Positions 1-16,575 of a stretch of 64,000 bases of DNA are shown piece after piece. The notes beneath the pieces were generated by a model. The model did not search any database and was not told the DNA's origin. It saw only the letters and a list, made by a program, of their open reading frames with translations. Both the position numbers and the translations under genes were made by a program. Numbering within the stretch: the first letter of the stretch is position 1; every line of letters starts with the position of its first letter. This DNA comes from the human T2T-CHM13v2.0 reference genome, Homo sapiens, in NCBI RefSeq assembly GCF_009914755.1, contig NC_060926.1. One strand, given 5' to 3'.

Positions 1-117
1 AGTTACCAGTGGTAAATTTTCCACGGAGAAATGGATTCTTCTGGTCATGCGTCAGGAAGTCTGAGGTGATTCTCAGACTGTTTCTAAAGTAAATCATTCT
101 CTGTCAAAAACATCAGA

Positions 118-383
118 ATGAATAAATTCTGAATATCTATTATACAGCATGTGACTATAGTTAATAATTATGTATCATATACTTGAAAATTACCAAGAGA
201 GTAGATCTTAAACATTCTCACCACATACATACACATAAAGATAACTATGTGAATAAATTGATATGTCAATTAGCTTGATTATGGTAATCATTTCACAATG
301 TATACATGTATCAAAACATCACATTGTACCATAAATATGTAAAATTTTCATTTTTCAATTATACCTCAATAAAGTTGAATAAA
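118..383 (+). mobile_element. Old L1 3' end (L1MA8-MA10/L1MB-like)
   Basis: Typical L1M 3'UTR text: tatacagcatgtgactatagttaataat...gagagtagatcttaaacattctcaccac...aattagcttgattatggtaatcatttcacaatgtatac...atacctcaataaag. Confidence 0.85.
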
Positions 384-1466
384 TATATGTGTATATATAT
401 ATATATTTAAAAATAATGATTAAGAAGATCAGGTTCAGTAAATACTTGATTGGAATCGTTTGATTAAATTGACAAAACTAATTCAAACTTCACTGCAACA
501 GCTCTTCTAGAAATAGACTGCTTTCAAAGGAAGAATGGAGCTTCCTCTTTTGTTCAAGATTAACATTTAGGATACAAAATATATGTTTTGTCATGAAGAG
601 TTCACTGTTCCACAGTAAAAGATAATTCTGGCATGTTTTTTGTCCTTTCCGTACTCCTACCTCTAATATCCCCTTGACATATGCCTTCTCTCTTGTGTTC
701 GTATTGTTGCTATAATAAAAGGATAAATCATGGATTTTCCAAGTATTGGAAAACATACTGAGTAAATTATTAGAGAACTTTAGAGCTTAACGAAATACTT
801 TTCTTTAAATACTGGGAATCATTGCTTAATTAGCTCTAATGGAAAGATGAAGGCCTGGTTTATGCTACTGTCAAAGATTGCATCTGCTGGGGATTTGACA
901 GTATATTACTTGCCATTCTAACTTGCTTTTATTTAAAAACAATAACAAAAAGCCCAAACAGATTGCTTACCAACCATCTTTAACTTACAGATGAGCATCA
1001 CATTCAAATAACTGTCAGGTGGAGGATCAGGAGGAGGAAGTGCTGGGCTTGGTCTTCTCCCAGAGTTTGCTGCACATTGGCCATGGATACAAATGTGCAG
1101 AGGGTAGGAAGGCCTGTCATCTTTCTAATCTAATGGCCTTGATCACAAACCACATAATGTCCAGCTGTTACTTTTATTTATATTTGTCTTGGGTTAGAGA
1201 AATATGGAAACAACAGGCAGGGGGGAAAACAGTCTTTTGGTTATCTTAATGGAGAGAAGGGTAGATTAGGGCTCAAGAAACCTCAGTTTAAGGCCTTATA
1301 AGAACTGATGAGAAATGTGTCCTTGGAACATACATGAACCTCATTGATCTGACCTATAGCATGTGGCCAATATTACCTGTCAGATTTTTCTGAGTATTAA
1401 ATAATATGCCCAGGGTTAGAAAAAAATATATATAATATACTCAGGGGTTGGACCAGAAATGGCAAG

Positions 1467-2159
<693 letters not shown>

Positions 2160-2660
2160 ATTAAGAGACAATTTAGGGAAAAGCTGTAAGCAAAAAGATT
2201 AAGTCTACTCAGTTATTTTGTAATAAAATTTATATTTCAGAGAATGTAAACATTTAATTTCCATTCTAAATAATACAAAGGGCTTATTTTTAATGTTAGT
2301 GTATCTTAGAATAGTTACCTGCTTGCACTTTACCAATGCTACTGTCAATACCCATAGCAATTTTTTCAGAATATCATCTTACGTAGCAGGTCATTATGTA
2401 CAAACATCTCTTAGAAACAAAACACACATCATAGGAGTGCTCAGCCAGGTCCTCAGAGAGGACTCACCTGCACTTTCAATAACAAGGGGCTCACTTGAAC
2501 ACCAGCTCTAATTCACTGGCAACTCCTTGGATTGGGCCAAGATAGCATTCTTGTAATTTTCAAGCACTATCTTTCCCTGAATATGACATGGAGTATATTT
2601 AAACATGCTTTGCACATCCATCTCTGTGTCCTCTTTGTACCTACTAACTATTTGTAGTTC

Positions 2661-3272
<612 letters not shown>

Positions 3273-3321
3273 TCCCTGTAATTCTTAAAACATTCTTTTT
3301 AGGCAAGCTTTCAAGATAATG

Positions 3322-3420
3322 TATTGCATGAGACATACTTACACTAAAATTTCTGTTGTTGTTTATCTAAACTTCAAATTCAATTTAGTGCTTTTATTTT
3401 TATTTTCTAAATTTGGTAAA
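3322..3420 (-). mobile_element. MER53 DNA-transposon fragment (one arm)
   Basis: gacatacttacactaaaatttctgttgttgtttatctaaacttcaaattcaa...ttttctaaatttggtaa matches one half of the MER53 palindrome. Confidence 0.7.
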
Positions 3421-3601
3421 TTTGTAGCTTTTAGAATATTAATCATTCTGCTAGTCTCTTGTTTGTTTTTTTTCTCATATAAAACTCAGACATACATGGT
3501 CAAGTCCAATTTTATTATTTATAAGCTATGTGATCTTTGACAAGTTACATTATTTCTCTGAACCTTAATTTTCTCATCTATAAGACTGGCAAAATGTCTC
3601 T

Positions 3602-4397
3602 AATGACAAAGACATCATCTGCTCACTAAAGTGTATGCATACCCTTCTTCCTGGGTACGCCACTTGATACGGTTTGGCTCTGTGTCTCCACCCTAATCTC
3701 ATCTCATAACTCCCATAATTCCCACACATTGTGAGAAGGACGCAGTGGGAGATGATTGAATTATGGGGGTGGGTCTTTCCTGTGCTGTTCTCGTGACAGT
3801 GAATGGGCTCACGAGATCTGACAGTTCTAAAAACAGGAGTTGCCCTGCTCATGCTCTCTCTTTGCCTGCTGCCATCCACAAAAGATGGGACTTGCTCCTC
3901 CTTGCCTTCCGCCATGATTGTGAGGCCTCCCCAGCCATGTGGAACTGTAAGTCCAATTAAACCTCTTTCTTTTGTAAATTGCCCAGACTCAGTTATGTCT
4001 TTATCAGTAGCATGAAAATGAACTGATACACCACTAGACTCAATATACCAGCCCCTTTTGCAATTAGGAGCAGGCTTGTGGTTGACTTTTACAGTAGAGT
4101 GGGAGCAGTAGTGATTTACGCCATTCAGGGCAAGGCTTTCAAGAAGAGATTGTTTCTTCTCCATACTCCATGTTCTTCTTTTGACCAGCTGATTGCCGGG
4201 AGTGCTGAGTCCTCAGGGATTAGTGGGGTCTTAGTATGAAAGAAACCCAGGTCTCTGAGTCACCATATAAAAAAACAAAACAAAACAAACCACTTAAATA
4301 TCTTTCATGTGAAAAAGAAATAAATTTTTGTTATATTATGGCACCTAACTTTGGGAGTTCATTTGTCACAGCTGCTACTAATACCATAACTAATACA
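3602..4397 (+). mobile_element. MLT1 (I/J-like) 5' LTR, interrupted by THE1A
   Basis: ccttcttcctgggtac..ctagact..ccagcccc..ttgcaattagg; 3' end gaaataaattt..tttgtcacagc..actaataCA, followed directly by MLT1-internal start. Confidence 0.7.
3665..4030 (+). mobile_element. THE1A solo LTR (MaLR)
   Basis: tgatacggtttggctctgtgtc...ccatgattgtgaggcctccccagccatgtggaactgtaagtcc...ctgataCA; perfect 5-bp TSD ccact at 3660-3664 and 4031-4035. Confidence 0.95.
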
Positions 4398-5054
4398 AAA
4401 ATTGCTACTAGAAATAAAAATGCTGACTTAATAAATACCTAAAATAGGTGGTATTGACTTAGCAGTTAGGCAGAACCAATAATAAAAGATATTGTAGCCT
4501 AGAACAGTAATCTATTGATGTGATCAAACTATTGCCTAGAAACAGATGACATTCCTACTGAGCCCAAATCTCCAGGGAAAACGGTAAGAACTATTGTGTT
4601 AGTGAGTTTTGGCCTTTACTTTGCAGTAAAGTATTACAAGAAAGAGATAAGCTCAAGAAAGGACTGACTGGTTTGAAAGAAAAAGCATAAGAAAATAGGA
4701 AGAGTTCAGAAATTTGAGATTTTGCCAAGTTAGAAAGCAGATGGCATCTAGATCCTAAATGGGAAGAGATAATTCTAGAAAAGGATGTCAACAATAAAAG
4801 GACCTATTATGTCTATTTGGCTAAACAAAGAGAATCAGCCCTATGACAAAGATCTGATTAAGGGTAAAACCTTTCCACTCAAGCCTAATGTTTCAGATGG
4901 CTGCATGATATCAAACATTATGTCAACAGATACAGGCATGGGGCTTAGAAAGCAGAGAGATAAAGCAAACTTTGTTATTATGTATGGAAATGAACTTTAA
5001 GTCTTGTACATAGGACTGACCAGTAGAAAATAGATCAGAAACTTTTAAAGGAAC

Positions 5055-5663
5055 TGTATTAATTTGATAGAGCTGCTGTAACAAACTACTACAAACTGGG
5101 ATGCTTAAGCAACAGAAATTTATTGTCTCATATTCCTGGAGACTAATAGTGCAAAGTCAAGGTGTCAGCAGAGTTGGCTCCTTCTGAGGGCTGTGAAGAC
5201 GCGTCTGAGGCAGGCCTCCCCTCTTTGTCTGCAGATGGCCATCTTGATCTTCACAAGGTATTTTCCCTGGATACAAGTTTGTCTCCAATTTACCCCTTTG
5301 TAAATTTAATTAATTAATTAATTAATTTTAGAGTCAAGGTTCTCTGTTGCCTGGGCTGGAGTAGTACAGTTACCACTTGTACTACCACTGATCATGGCTT
5401 ACTGCAGCCTCAAACTTCTGGGCTGAAGTGATCTTCCCACCTCAGCCTTCAGAGTAGCTGGGACTACAGGCATGCACCACCATGCATAGCTCCCAAATTT
5501 CCTGTTTTTATAAGGACACCAGTCATATTGGATTGCAGCTCACCCTAATGACCTCAGTTTAGCTTTTTAAAGACCCTGTCTCCAAATAAGGTCGTATTCC
5601 AAGGTACCGGTGGTTAGAACTTCTACATAATCAATTTTGAGTGACACAATTCAACCCATAACA
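5055..5663 (-). mobile_element. MLT1B/C solo LTR
   Basis: tgtatt..gctgctgtaacaaactactacaaactgg..caacagaaatttattgtctca..ataaggacaccagtcatattggatt..acaattcaacccataaCA; TSD ggaac/agaac. Confidence 0.9.
5301..5491 (-). mobile_element. FRAM/AluJ right monomer nested in the MLT1B/C LTR
   Basis: actgcagcctcaaacttctgggctgaagtgatcttcccacctcagcc..gtagctgggactacagg; (TAAT)n-derived tail. Confidence 0.85.
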
Positions 5664-6144
5664 AGAACTTTTTGAGGAAATTATATTGCTAAAGAAACAA
5701 TTTTCCTGGATTTTTAAAAAAATGCCAGTTATTATAAAACAACTCTTAAATCCTAACGTTCACAAAATCAGAATTGTACTGCAAAAGCTCCTCCGCCTCC
5801 AACACCCATGTGACCATGGAAGATAATGAACGAGGATCCACATCCCACAAGCCAGAACCAGGTCATGGATGAAACAGACAAAGCAGTTCCTCCCAGAAGG
5901 CATATCCAGGGTCTAATCCCAAATAACTTCCTCCATGTCCAGATCAAGAATCACTTCTCCAGCAGGAGTGCATCATGAAGAAGGACAAGTGAATGCCTTG
6001 TGTTTCCTGTTCTTCCCGTTCTCGGTGGGAATTTCATCGTTCTTCTACTGGATCTGCTACACTCTTTTCTATTATATGTATGTTTGGGGAAGAGATGCCC
6101 AAACTCATGATCTGGAGTTCATAGATCTCCAGATCGTGAGCTAC

Positions 6145-6306
6145 TTCTCTCTCTCTCTATGTGTGTATATATATACATATATATGTATGTATATATACAC
6201 ACATACATATATGTACATATAAATATATATTAATATAAATATATATTAATTATAATACTATTTAATAATATAATAATATTAATTAATTATAATTATATAT
6301 ATATAC
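6145..6306. repeat. (CT)n/(TA)n AT-rich low-complexity tract, probably a decayed Alu-monomer tail
   Basis: ctctctctctct followed by about 140 bp that is nearly all A/T. Confidence 0.9.
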
Positions 6307-6428
6307 TTTTGGGAGTCAGGGTCTTGCTCTGTTGTCCAGGCTGGTATTGAACTCCTAGGCTCAAGTGATCCACCAACCTAAGCCTCCCGAAGTACTAGGA
6401 TTACAGGTATGAGCCACCACACCCAGCC
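6307..6428 (-). mobile_element. FLAM_C Alu monomer
   Basis: gggtcttgctctgttgtccaggctggtattgaactcctaggctcaagtgatcc..ggattacaggtatgagccacc. Confidence 0.88.
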
Positions 6429-6576
6429 CTTGAGTCACCTCTAGACTCAAAGGAGAGGTTACTCTATACCCTAGAGATCATGGACTTCCAAGCTGCTGAG
6501 TAACTCAATGGTGAGAGTATCTCTGGGTAGGAGGAAGGATGATCTGCTTATCAGAAAAATGAATGGAAACAGAATT

Positions 6577-6962
6577 TGTTCAGTGTTCACAATTTTAGGT
6601 GCTTTCCCTTACATTCTCCTGTTTCCAAAAGTTAAACCACTACATGAGAATTTTACTGATGAAATGTAAGTGGAAGTTATGTGTACCATTTTGGGGTCAC
6701 AGCTTTTAAGAAATGGGGATATCTTTTATGCTCCCATTTTCCCTTCCACAAGCAATATCCTGAAAATGACTTGACTTGACCCTTACAAAGCTTTAAAATG
6801 AAGAGACTGGATCCTTTGATTAGTATATAAAGAAAAGTGTCCTCAAACCAAAGTAAGAGTATTTGACTGCAATTTGAAAGAGAAATACATTTCTCTTTTG
6901 CTAAGTTGCTAAAATTTGGGTGTTTATTTGTTGTAGTAGCTAGTGTTTCCCTAGATAATACT
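6577..6962 (+). mobile_element. MLT1 (I/J-like) 3' LTR
   Basis: gaaatgtaagtggaagttatgtgtacca..gagaaatacatttct..tttgggtgtttatttgttgtagtagctag. Confidence 0.65.
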
Positions 6963-7254
6963 TCCATCTAATTTTAAGGCCTCTTTGAGACTTAATATTT
7001 TAAGATTCTACAGTGAGTTTCCAGGGCTGTGACACACCTGAAAACAAAAATAGCAGGACTGCGATTTGTTGTTCCAGAATTTTCTAGTTTTGCAGAGTAT
7101 TTACTCTTAAAAATGAAAAGTAACAGTGGTACACAACTATCTGATAGCCGGTTGCTGCTGCTGTTATTTTTCCTGGCGTTAAAAATTCAGCATAGACCAA
7201 GGAAACACAGAATTTTGGAATTTCAGATGAGGAAGGACCAACAAGTTAGCAGAC

Positions 7255-7680
7255 ATTTTCATTTTACAGATGAGGACTGTAGCTTCAGAGAGGTTAAATA
7301 AGTTTGCCTACGTTTAAACTATTAATAGTGACAAAGATTGGACTTTAACCCAGCTTATACTCCAAGGATTCTGTGCTCGCTAACTGTACAATACTGTGTA
7401 TCTGAGGTTTCAAACATTATTATTTACATTGCTAGCCTTTCTTTGTCAGTCTGGTCTTGCAACCAAGCAAAATCTCACTCAAATCCTACTCAGCCACCTG
7501 CCAGCTGTGTGGCCTTGAGGAATCGTTCAACGTCTCTGAGCCTGATGAACCTCATCTGTTATGTGGACATAATAATAGTAGCCAATACATACAGTTGTTC
7601 TGGGGATTAAAATGTGATAATGTACACAAAATGCAAGAGCACGTTGTGTTCTAGGCAGAAAGTACTTAGTGATAATTATG
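7255..7680. mobile_element. Two MIR SINE fragments (minus about 7255-7360, plus about 7470-7680)
   Basis: cattttacagatgagga..cagagaggttaaataa; ccagctgtgtggccttg..tctctgagcct..cctcatctgt. Confidence 0.8.
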
Positions 7681-9249
7681 GTCATAATAATGAAGATGGA
7701 TTTAGAAAAAAAGAATTTTTTAGTTCAATGTCACCTAATCTTTGAGGAAGAATGGAGAAAAGACTCAGAAAATTACCTCACGTATTTAGTTTATAGTAGA
7801 AACTTGGTACTCTTATCATGAACGGGCAGTCTGTGTCTATTTCACTTTAATTTCAACAAAGGGATTAACCTCACAAACTTGCCATAAGTACAGATAAAGG
7901 TACGTACCCTAAAATAGAAGTAGGAGAATTCATCCCTGATATCTTTAAAACAGGAAAGTTATCAACGTGGTGTGATTATGAAATGCCAAGAACTAGAAAT
8001 GGGAGGCCTCCCAATTTAATCTTAAAACAATTTTAAGTTAGCAAAGCTCAAAAGAATTTACATAACAAAGACATCAACACAAATGGAATGCAAATTGTCT
8101 TTTCAGGCTAGTGTGAGAGATGAGGTTACAAAATCAAAAGAACTGTATATGATATTTCAGAGTTCACAAAAAGCATTTTTCACATTCACAATCTTATCTG
8201 GACCTCCCATAACTCCATAAAATTGGAATTGATTCTAATCCCTGTTTATCCATGAAGTTTCTGGGACTCACAGGTTTGAAATGACTCGTCTAGTATTATC
8301 TACCTAGTAAGTGGATGAAACTCAGAATTGATTCCAAGAATCCTATGTATTTTGCTTTAATAACTCATTGTCTCTCTGGATATAAGACCTATTTCAACAG
8401 ATAAGAAAACTTTGAAGAAATACAGATTTGAGCTGCTGTTGTAGCACTTGATGGAAAGTGAACATTTGTTAAAGCAAGTGATCTACGACATAAAACTGAA
8501 GCAAGCCATGTGGACAAAGGGAAGCCAGTAAGAAAAGGATTTGCTTGCTAGGAAGAGAATTCTAATCAAAAGTATGTGATTGCCTCTGAGATAGTTATAG
8601 GCTAAACACATCACCTAAAACTATATCGACTAGTATAATAATCAGTGCTCTTTTAGCGTAACTAGATTCTAGAACACCACCTATCCTCAACATTTCCTTT
8701 CATTAACGTTACATATGGTTATTAGGACTAAATCTTTGAAAGACACTTTCTCCTACCTACCTCTCTACTTTTCCAAGTTTGCCTTTCTTTCTTCTCACCA
8801 ATCTGTATGTTGGACTCCTAAGATATTTCTCTTCCTTAACACCACCAGCACGTACTCACATAAGCACACTTTTGTGCTCATGCTTACTCTGCATGTAATA
8901 TCTTTTGTTACCTGATTTATTTGATTGACCATGGCTTGATTTGAGTGTAACCTATTGTCCCAGATTCCACTAACTTAGATATTTCTCCTCTCAGCTCAGC
9001 TCCTGTGACACTTTTTTTTCCCTACAATCTATAGAATTTTCTGTTCATTCATCTCTCTTTTGTTGTCTTCGAGACCAAGTAATTGTCCTTTTTTTAGATG
9101 CAAAAATAAATACTTATTTAGAATGAAAAAAATCACAAGTTATACATTTAAAAAGCTGAAATATGCTACAAAAACACACAATACAGAAAGATAATACTGT
9201 ATTTTTACTTATGTTTATTTATCTTTTGAGGTGTGGTCAACTACGATTT

Positions 9250-9503
9250 CCTCTTTCTCTGACCACCCCGTGTGAAGGAACCAGCCCCTTTTCCATTTGT
9301 TGATATGCACTTACCCTGTTTTCTGTTATTTCATAGCACTTGTCCCTTGAGCTGCCATCTCTATTCCTATTTGTTTGTTTATTGTCTTTCTTCCCCACTA
9401 GAATGTAAACTTGATGAGAGCACAGACATTTTTGTCTAATTGGCCATTTTCTGCCAACATCCAGAACATGGTAAGTGCTCAGTGAATGTTTGTTTAGTAA
9501 ATG
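9250..9503 (+). mobile_element. L2a 3' end
   Basis: ccccactagaatgtaaacttgatgagagca..gtaagtgctcagtgaatgtttg. Confidence 0.8.
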
Positions 9504-10949
9504 TTGAAAATTTTCACATAGAATTCTATATTTTACAAAAAGTATGAAAAACATGATAAAGCTGTTAAAAAGTAGTAATATGTATAAGAAAAATATCAGA
9601 ATTAAATCAAACTATTATAAGTTACTATCTCTGCATATAAAGTTAAGGAATATTATTTTCTTCATCCTGTTTTTCTAGGTTTTTTTTTCTTTTATGGTAA
9701 CTGCACTTTTCATCTCTGTATGTCAGGTCTTGTATGATACAATATGTGGGCCTTATGTGCTGGTGTTCTTCGAGGCTGTATTGTTAGACTTCACTTCCCT
9801 TTCCTTGAAATTATTTTCTTGTGTGTTCTTATTTATTCCTTCAAACATCACCTACATGATATTGATCCCCAAATCTTTATTTCTAATCCCTAACTTTTCT
9901 TGAGCTCCAGACCTTGGATAACTCCATTAAGGCATCCAAAAGGTACTTTTAATACAATTTGGCTAAGTGCTCACTCATTTTCTTAAATAGATGTGAGCCT
10001 GGCACTGTGATAGATGCTTTGTGTAAGCTACTCATCACCACACTATAAAACAAATGAGAAAATCAAAGCTAAAGAAGGTTAAGGGACTCACAAAATTACT
10101 AAAGAATCTCATTTCAGGCAGCTGGAGAGCTTTAGTTAGTCCAGAGCCCTTTGAGGCTTGATGGGCAGCAGAACCCAAGAAGACAGGTCAGAGGCACTGT
10201 CAGCTCAGCCCTGGACAAACAGCCTTTTATGAAAAGGTCACGTTGGCACAAAATCCTTCACAAGCGATATCAGCACAGGGATCAATATTCAGTTGGTGGA
10301 TATTACTTTCCATTCTGTCCGTGCTTTGCAGCCTCACAGATCTATGCCTTGGCTAAGCTGTTGGCTGTTTGGATTGTTCCTCCTTCTCGACTCCATCAAT
10401 TACAACCTTCCTTTATCCCTTAAGTCCATTCTAAAGGACATCATCTACATTAGCCCTACTCCAATTCTTACGGTAAAAATAAATACTCCCTCTACTTCCT
10501 CACACAGTATTCTTCTTTCACTTCCATTGTAGTTCTATTCCAATTTTCCTGCTGTTGAAATTAGCTGTTGAATGGCTGCCAGTAGAACTGCCTGGCAAGC
10601 TCCTTGCAGAAAGAGTTTCTGTCCCGTTCATTTCAGGATCCTACACATGCCAGCATAAATAATTGCTTAGATAAATCTTCCAAAGCTTGTATATTTAAAT
10701 AGTTGCCCAATAAATGCTGTGACAGTTATTCCTTTGGGTTATTATAATATTTATTAACTAAATAGAGTGACTTGTATATTGAAACAAACAAAATAATTTA
10801 ACAAGACTCTCAATAGCAATCGAGTTAAAATTCGTTGAGCGCCTAGCCCCTGTTAGGCTAATTCATATTACCTTTTACCTTCAAAACAATTCTGAGAACA
10901 GTGGGAGAAGAAACTATAGCAAATGATAGAGATAGCTGAACCCATTTAA

Positions 10950-12320
<1,371 letters not shown>

Positions 12321-12769
12321 GAAAAGGTCCATTTAACAGGTAAGGAAATAAATAATCAGAAATGTTATGAATTGCCTTCAAAGGCAATCAATTAGCAAAG
12401 TCATAGATTTAACCTAAGTTACCTGACACAAATCGTTTTGCTTTTCTGCCTAGCTAGATGCCAGGTTCTCCAGTGAGCAATGGGAATTCAGAGACAAGAG
12501 ATGTGGCTCTTACATTGGAAGAACTCATAGTTGGAGGGGCGGAGACATATAACTGCAATTACACAGAAGCACAGTGGCAGTCATAAGCTCAGGGCTCTGT
12601 GAAATCACCAGGGAGTTGGAGTGCTGTGAAAGGATGTAGAGATTAATGCTTGAGTTGAGTTTTGGAAGGAGATTTATGAGTTTATCATCTCACAAAGAGA
12701 AGAAAAGACTAAGGTCGAAGAAAAGAATCAGCATGACCCTTCAAAGGCTCAGAATGAATGAATAAATGA

Positions 12770-13900
<1,131 letters not shown>

Positions 13901-14384
13901 GTTTAAGACAGAGGAAGAGATCATTGTGACAACCTGTAGTCAGTCCCATGATATTCATTTGATTGGAATGTGGAAGGAATAAAAGAATGGGGAAAAATAA
14001 GAATATAGGAGTGAGAAAATAACTGGGCACAAAAATAATGAGGATATTGGATGCCAGAAAAAGAGTTTGGGCTTCATCTTGTAATAAAAATATTAAAAAT
14101 ATTTTTCTTGGGTATTTAATATTCCCAAGAATCCAAAAGCAGCATTACTATTTTTATTCTCACATTACAGATGAGGAAATGGAAGCACAGGAAATTTACT
14201 AATATGATCAATGTCATATAGAACAACAATAACAGCAAAAAGTCAGGGTTCAAGATCCAGGCGATATGAGTCCAGATCAGTCTCTCTTTCTCTCCGTCTC
14301 CGTTCCTCTTTCTCCTCCTTCTCCTTCTTTGTCTTCATTTTTGTCTTCTTCTTTTCTTCATTCTCAATCATCTATCCCTCTGTC

Positions 14385-14676
14385 TATGATGTAAACCACA
14401 TACATCATTTACAAATTTTTAAGTAACCACATTAAAAAAAAAAGCAGGTGAAAATAATCTAAATAACATATTTTCCTTAGTCAACTATATCCAAATATTT
14501 TCATTTCAACATGTAAGTATAAAAATTATCAATTGAATGTTTTACATTATTTTTCACACTAAATCTTCAACATTTAATTTGTATTGCACACTTACTGCAC
14601 ATCTTATCCACACCATCCACATTTCAAGTGCTCAGTAGCCACAAGTGGCTCACTGATGCCATACCGGACAGCTTAG
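14385..14676 (+). mobile_element. MER33 (hAT-Charlie)
   Basis: gtaaccacattaaaa..caggtgaaaataat..catttcaacatgtaa..cacatttcaagtgctcagtagccacaagtggct..ggacagc. Confidence 0.88.
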
Positions 14677-14803
14677 ATTTCTCCCCGTACAGAAAATTCT
14701 AGAGGAAAATGCCAGGATTATTGTTTCAAAAATATTATGTAAGATTGTAGAGCTTCAGTGGTAGAGCAAACCTAGCAAGAGTTGAGACAGGAGGAATTAA
14801 GAT

Positions 14804-15212
14804 TGTCTTAGTCTGTTTTGTGTCACTATAAAGAATATCTGAGGCTGTGTAATTTATTAAGAAAAAATGATTATTTGGCTTATGATTCTTCTGGCTAGAA
14901 GGTTCAAGACTGGCATCTGGTGATGGCCTCAGGCTGCTTCTACTCATGACAGGAGAAGGGCAGCCGGCCTATGCACAGATCCCATGGTGAGAAAGGAAGC
15001 AAGGGGGAGAGGGAGAGGTACCAGGCTCTCTTTAACAGCCAGCTCTCTCTTGCAGGCATGAATAGAGTTAAAACTCATTCACCCCCAGGGGAGGTATTCC
15101 TGAGCCATCTGCCTCTCCATGATTCAGATACTTCCCATTAGGTCCCACCTTCAACACTGGGGATCAAATTTCAATATGAGGCTTGTAGGGAACAAATATT
15201 CAAACCATAGTG
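14804..15212 (-). mobile_element. MSTB/MSTB1 solo LTR
   Basis: tgtcttagtctgttttgtgt..ggcatctggtgatggcctcaggctgcttc..cccattaggtcccacc..caaaccatag; TSD aagat/gagat. Confidence 0.9.
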
Positions 15213-16279
15213 GAGATGAAGGATTTGTGGATTTCTTATTCCCAGGCTTTTTCTAGGCTCTACCATTTCTTACTGCGAATACAATACCCCAACACCCCTT
15301 ACTTGTCTCTCTGCTTCCTTTTTTTCTTATGAATGAATGGAGGTGACAAAGGATTTATGACTAAGAGTATTGGTAACAGTGCTCACCTCTGCACCCAAGG
15401 CTTACCAACATCGTGTTTTTGTATATACAGGCTGAATACATAACATGCAACCAGGTGGTAATAAAGAATGTTAGTGTCACTTTGTACAAGGACATTATTA
15501 TAAAAAGTACAAACCATTATCATCTTCACAACTTAGGAGTCCTTTTTAAACTTTGTAATATCCACATGAAGCAAATCTATAGCCTGAATTTCCAAATCTC
15601 TCTCTGAAGAAAACAGAAGATCACTTCCTTTCTAACATGAATAATATTTATGCTTACATGTAGGTCAGAGTCAGCCAAACAGCTCTTGTGTCTGAAAGTC
15701 TATTTTAGACTTGGCTGTCATGACAACCATGAGATTTGGCCCAGGTGTCTTCTCTCTCCTGACACACAGACAGCAGGTTTGCAGGCCTGGCTGTGAATTC
15801 TGGGGAGCAGCACTTAGGAACTGCCATAGGATGATTCAGCCCACTTGGTTTTGGCAGGGGTGCTGACCTAACAGACTGCAAAAAATTCCATTCCACATGG
15901 ATTCTTAATTTATCAATTTAGAAGAGGACACAGTGGGGAGGGTTATGATCACTAATGGGCAAAGTTGTCATGGTACTGCACGAGCAAGGAAGGCTGGGAA
16001 AGAGTGAATAGAGTGAATAAAGGCTATCATTTGAGAGGTGCTCGAACCTAGAATCCAGATTTGAGGTTTCAGTCCTCTGAGCTCACATCCCAGTCCAAGG
16101 ACATAAGTTATGAAGTAATTCCCTGGGAAGGAGGCCTGCCCTGGCACAGCTCTGACTGCCCATTCTGAATAGCCCATCTCCACTTCATTCTAGTCCCAGG
16201 AATCCAGGGGGGTTGGTGACAGCCCTGTCTCTCCTGCCCACCAAACATGTGTGTTTCTAGGATCTCCTATTCTAGGAGA

Positions 16280-16467
16280 CAATGGTTCTCAAATTTGGCT
16301 GCATAACAAAATCATCTGGAAAGAAGTTAAAACTCCAGATCCCCTAGTAAAACCCTATATCCATTAAATAAGAATATCTGGGCTAGGAGGCTGTGAAAAT
16401 CAGGTCAGTACTAGTTTTTCAACCTCCCTAGGTGACTACAACGTACAATCAAGGCTGAGATGCACTG
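16280..16467. mobile_element. MER5A (hAT-Charlie MITE)
   Basis: caatggttctcaaatttggctgca..aatcatctgg ... ctccctaggtga..caaggctgagatgcactg; TIR-like ends. Confidence 0.8.
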
Positions 16468-16575
16468 ATCTAAAATGAGCTGGGAGTGGACTGTGATATC
16501 ACATAGAAGCTTGATTTATAGATGTTTTTTAATTAACATAAAATACTAACATAGATTTTATCTGATTAGCCACAA

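Larger units (their letters stand above)
4398..6576 (+). mobile_element. MLT1 internal (MaLR-int) sequence, interrupted by later insertions
   Basis: Starts aaattgctactagaaat..aaatacctaaaa (MaLR-int 5' signature); 3' part has gttcatagatctccagatc and agatcatggactt..gctg, then a purine-rich tract before the second LTR. Confidence 0.65.

Noticed and set aside
3322-3420. Possible MER53-derived miRNA hairpin (miR-1302 type)
   Set aside because: Only one arm of the palindromic element is visible, so no hairpin can form.
3574-4164. Longest ORF (196 aa, minus strand)
   Set aside because: It reads antisense through THE1A and MLT1 LTRs; the peptide is typical LTR-derived text with no domain.
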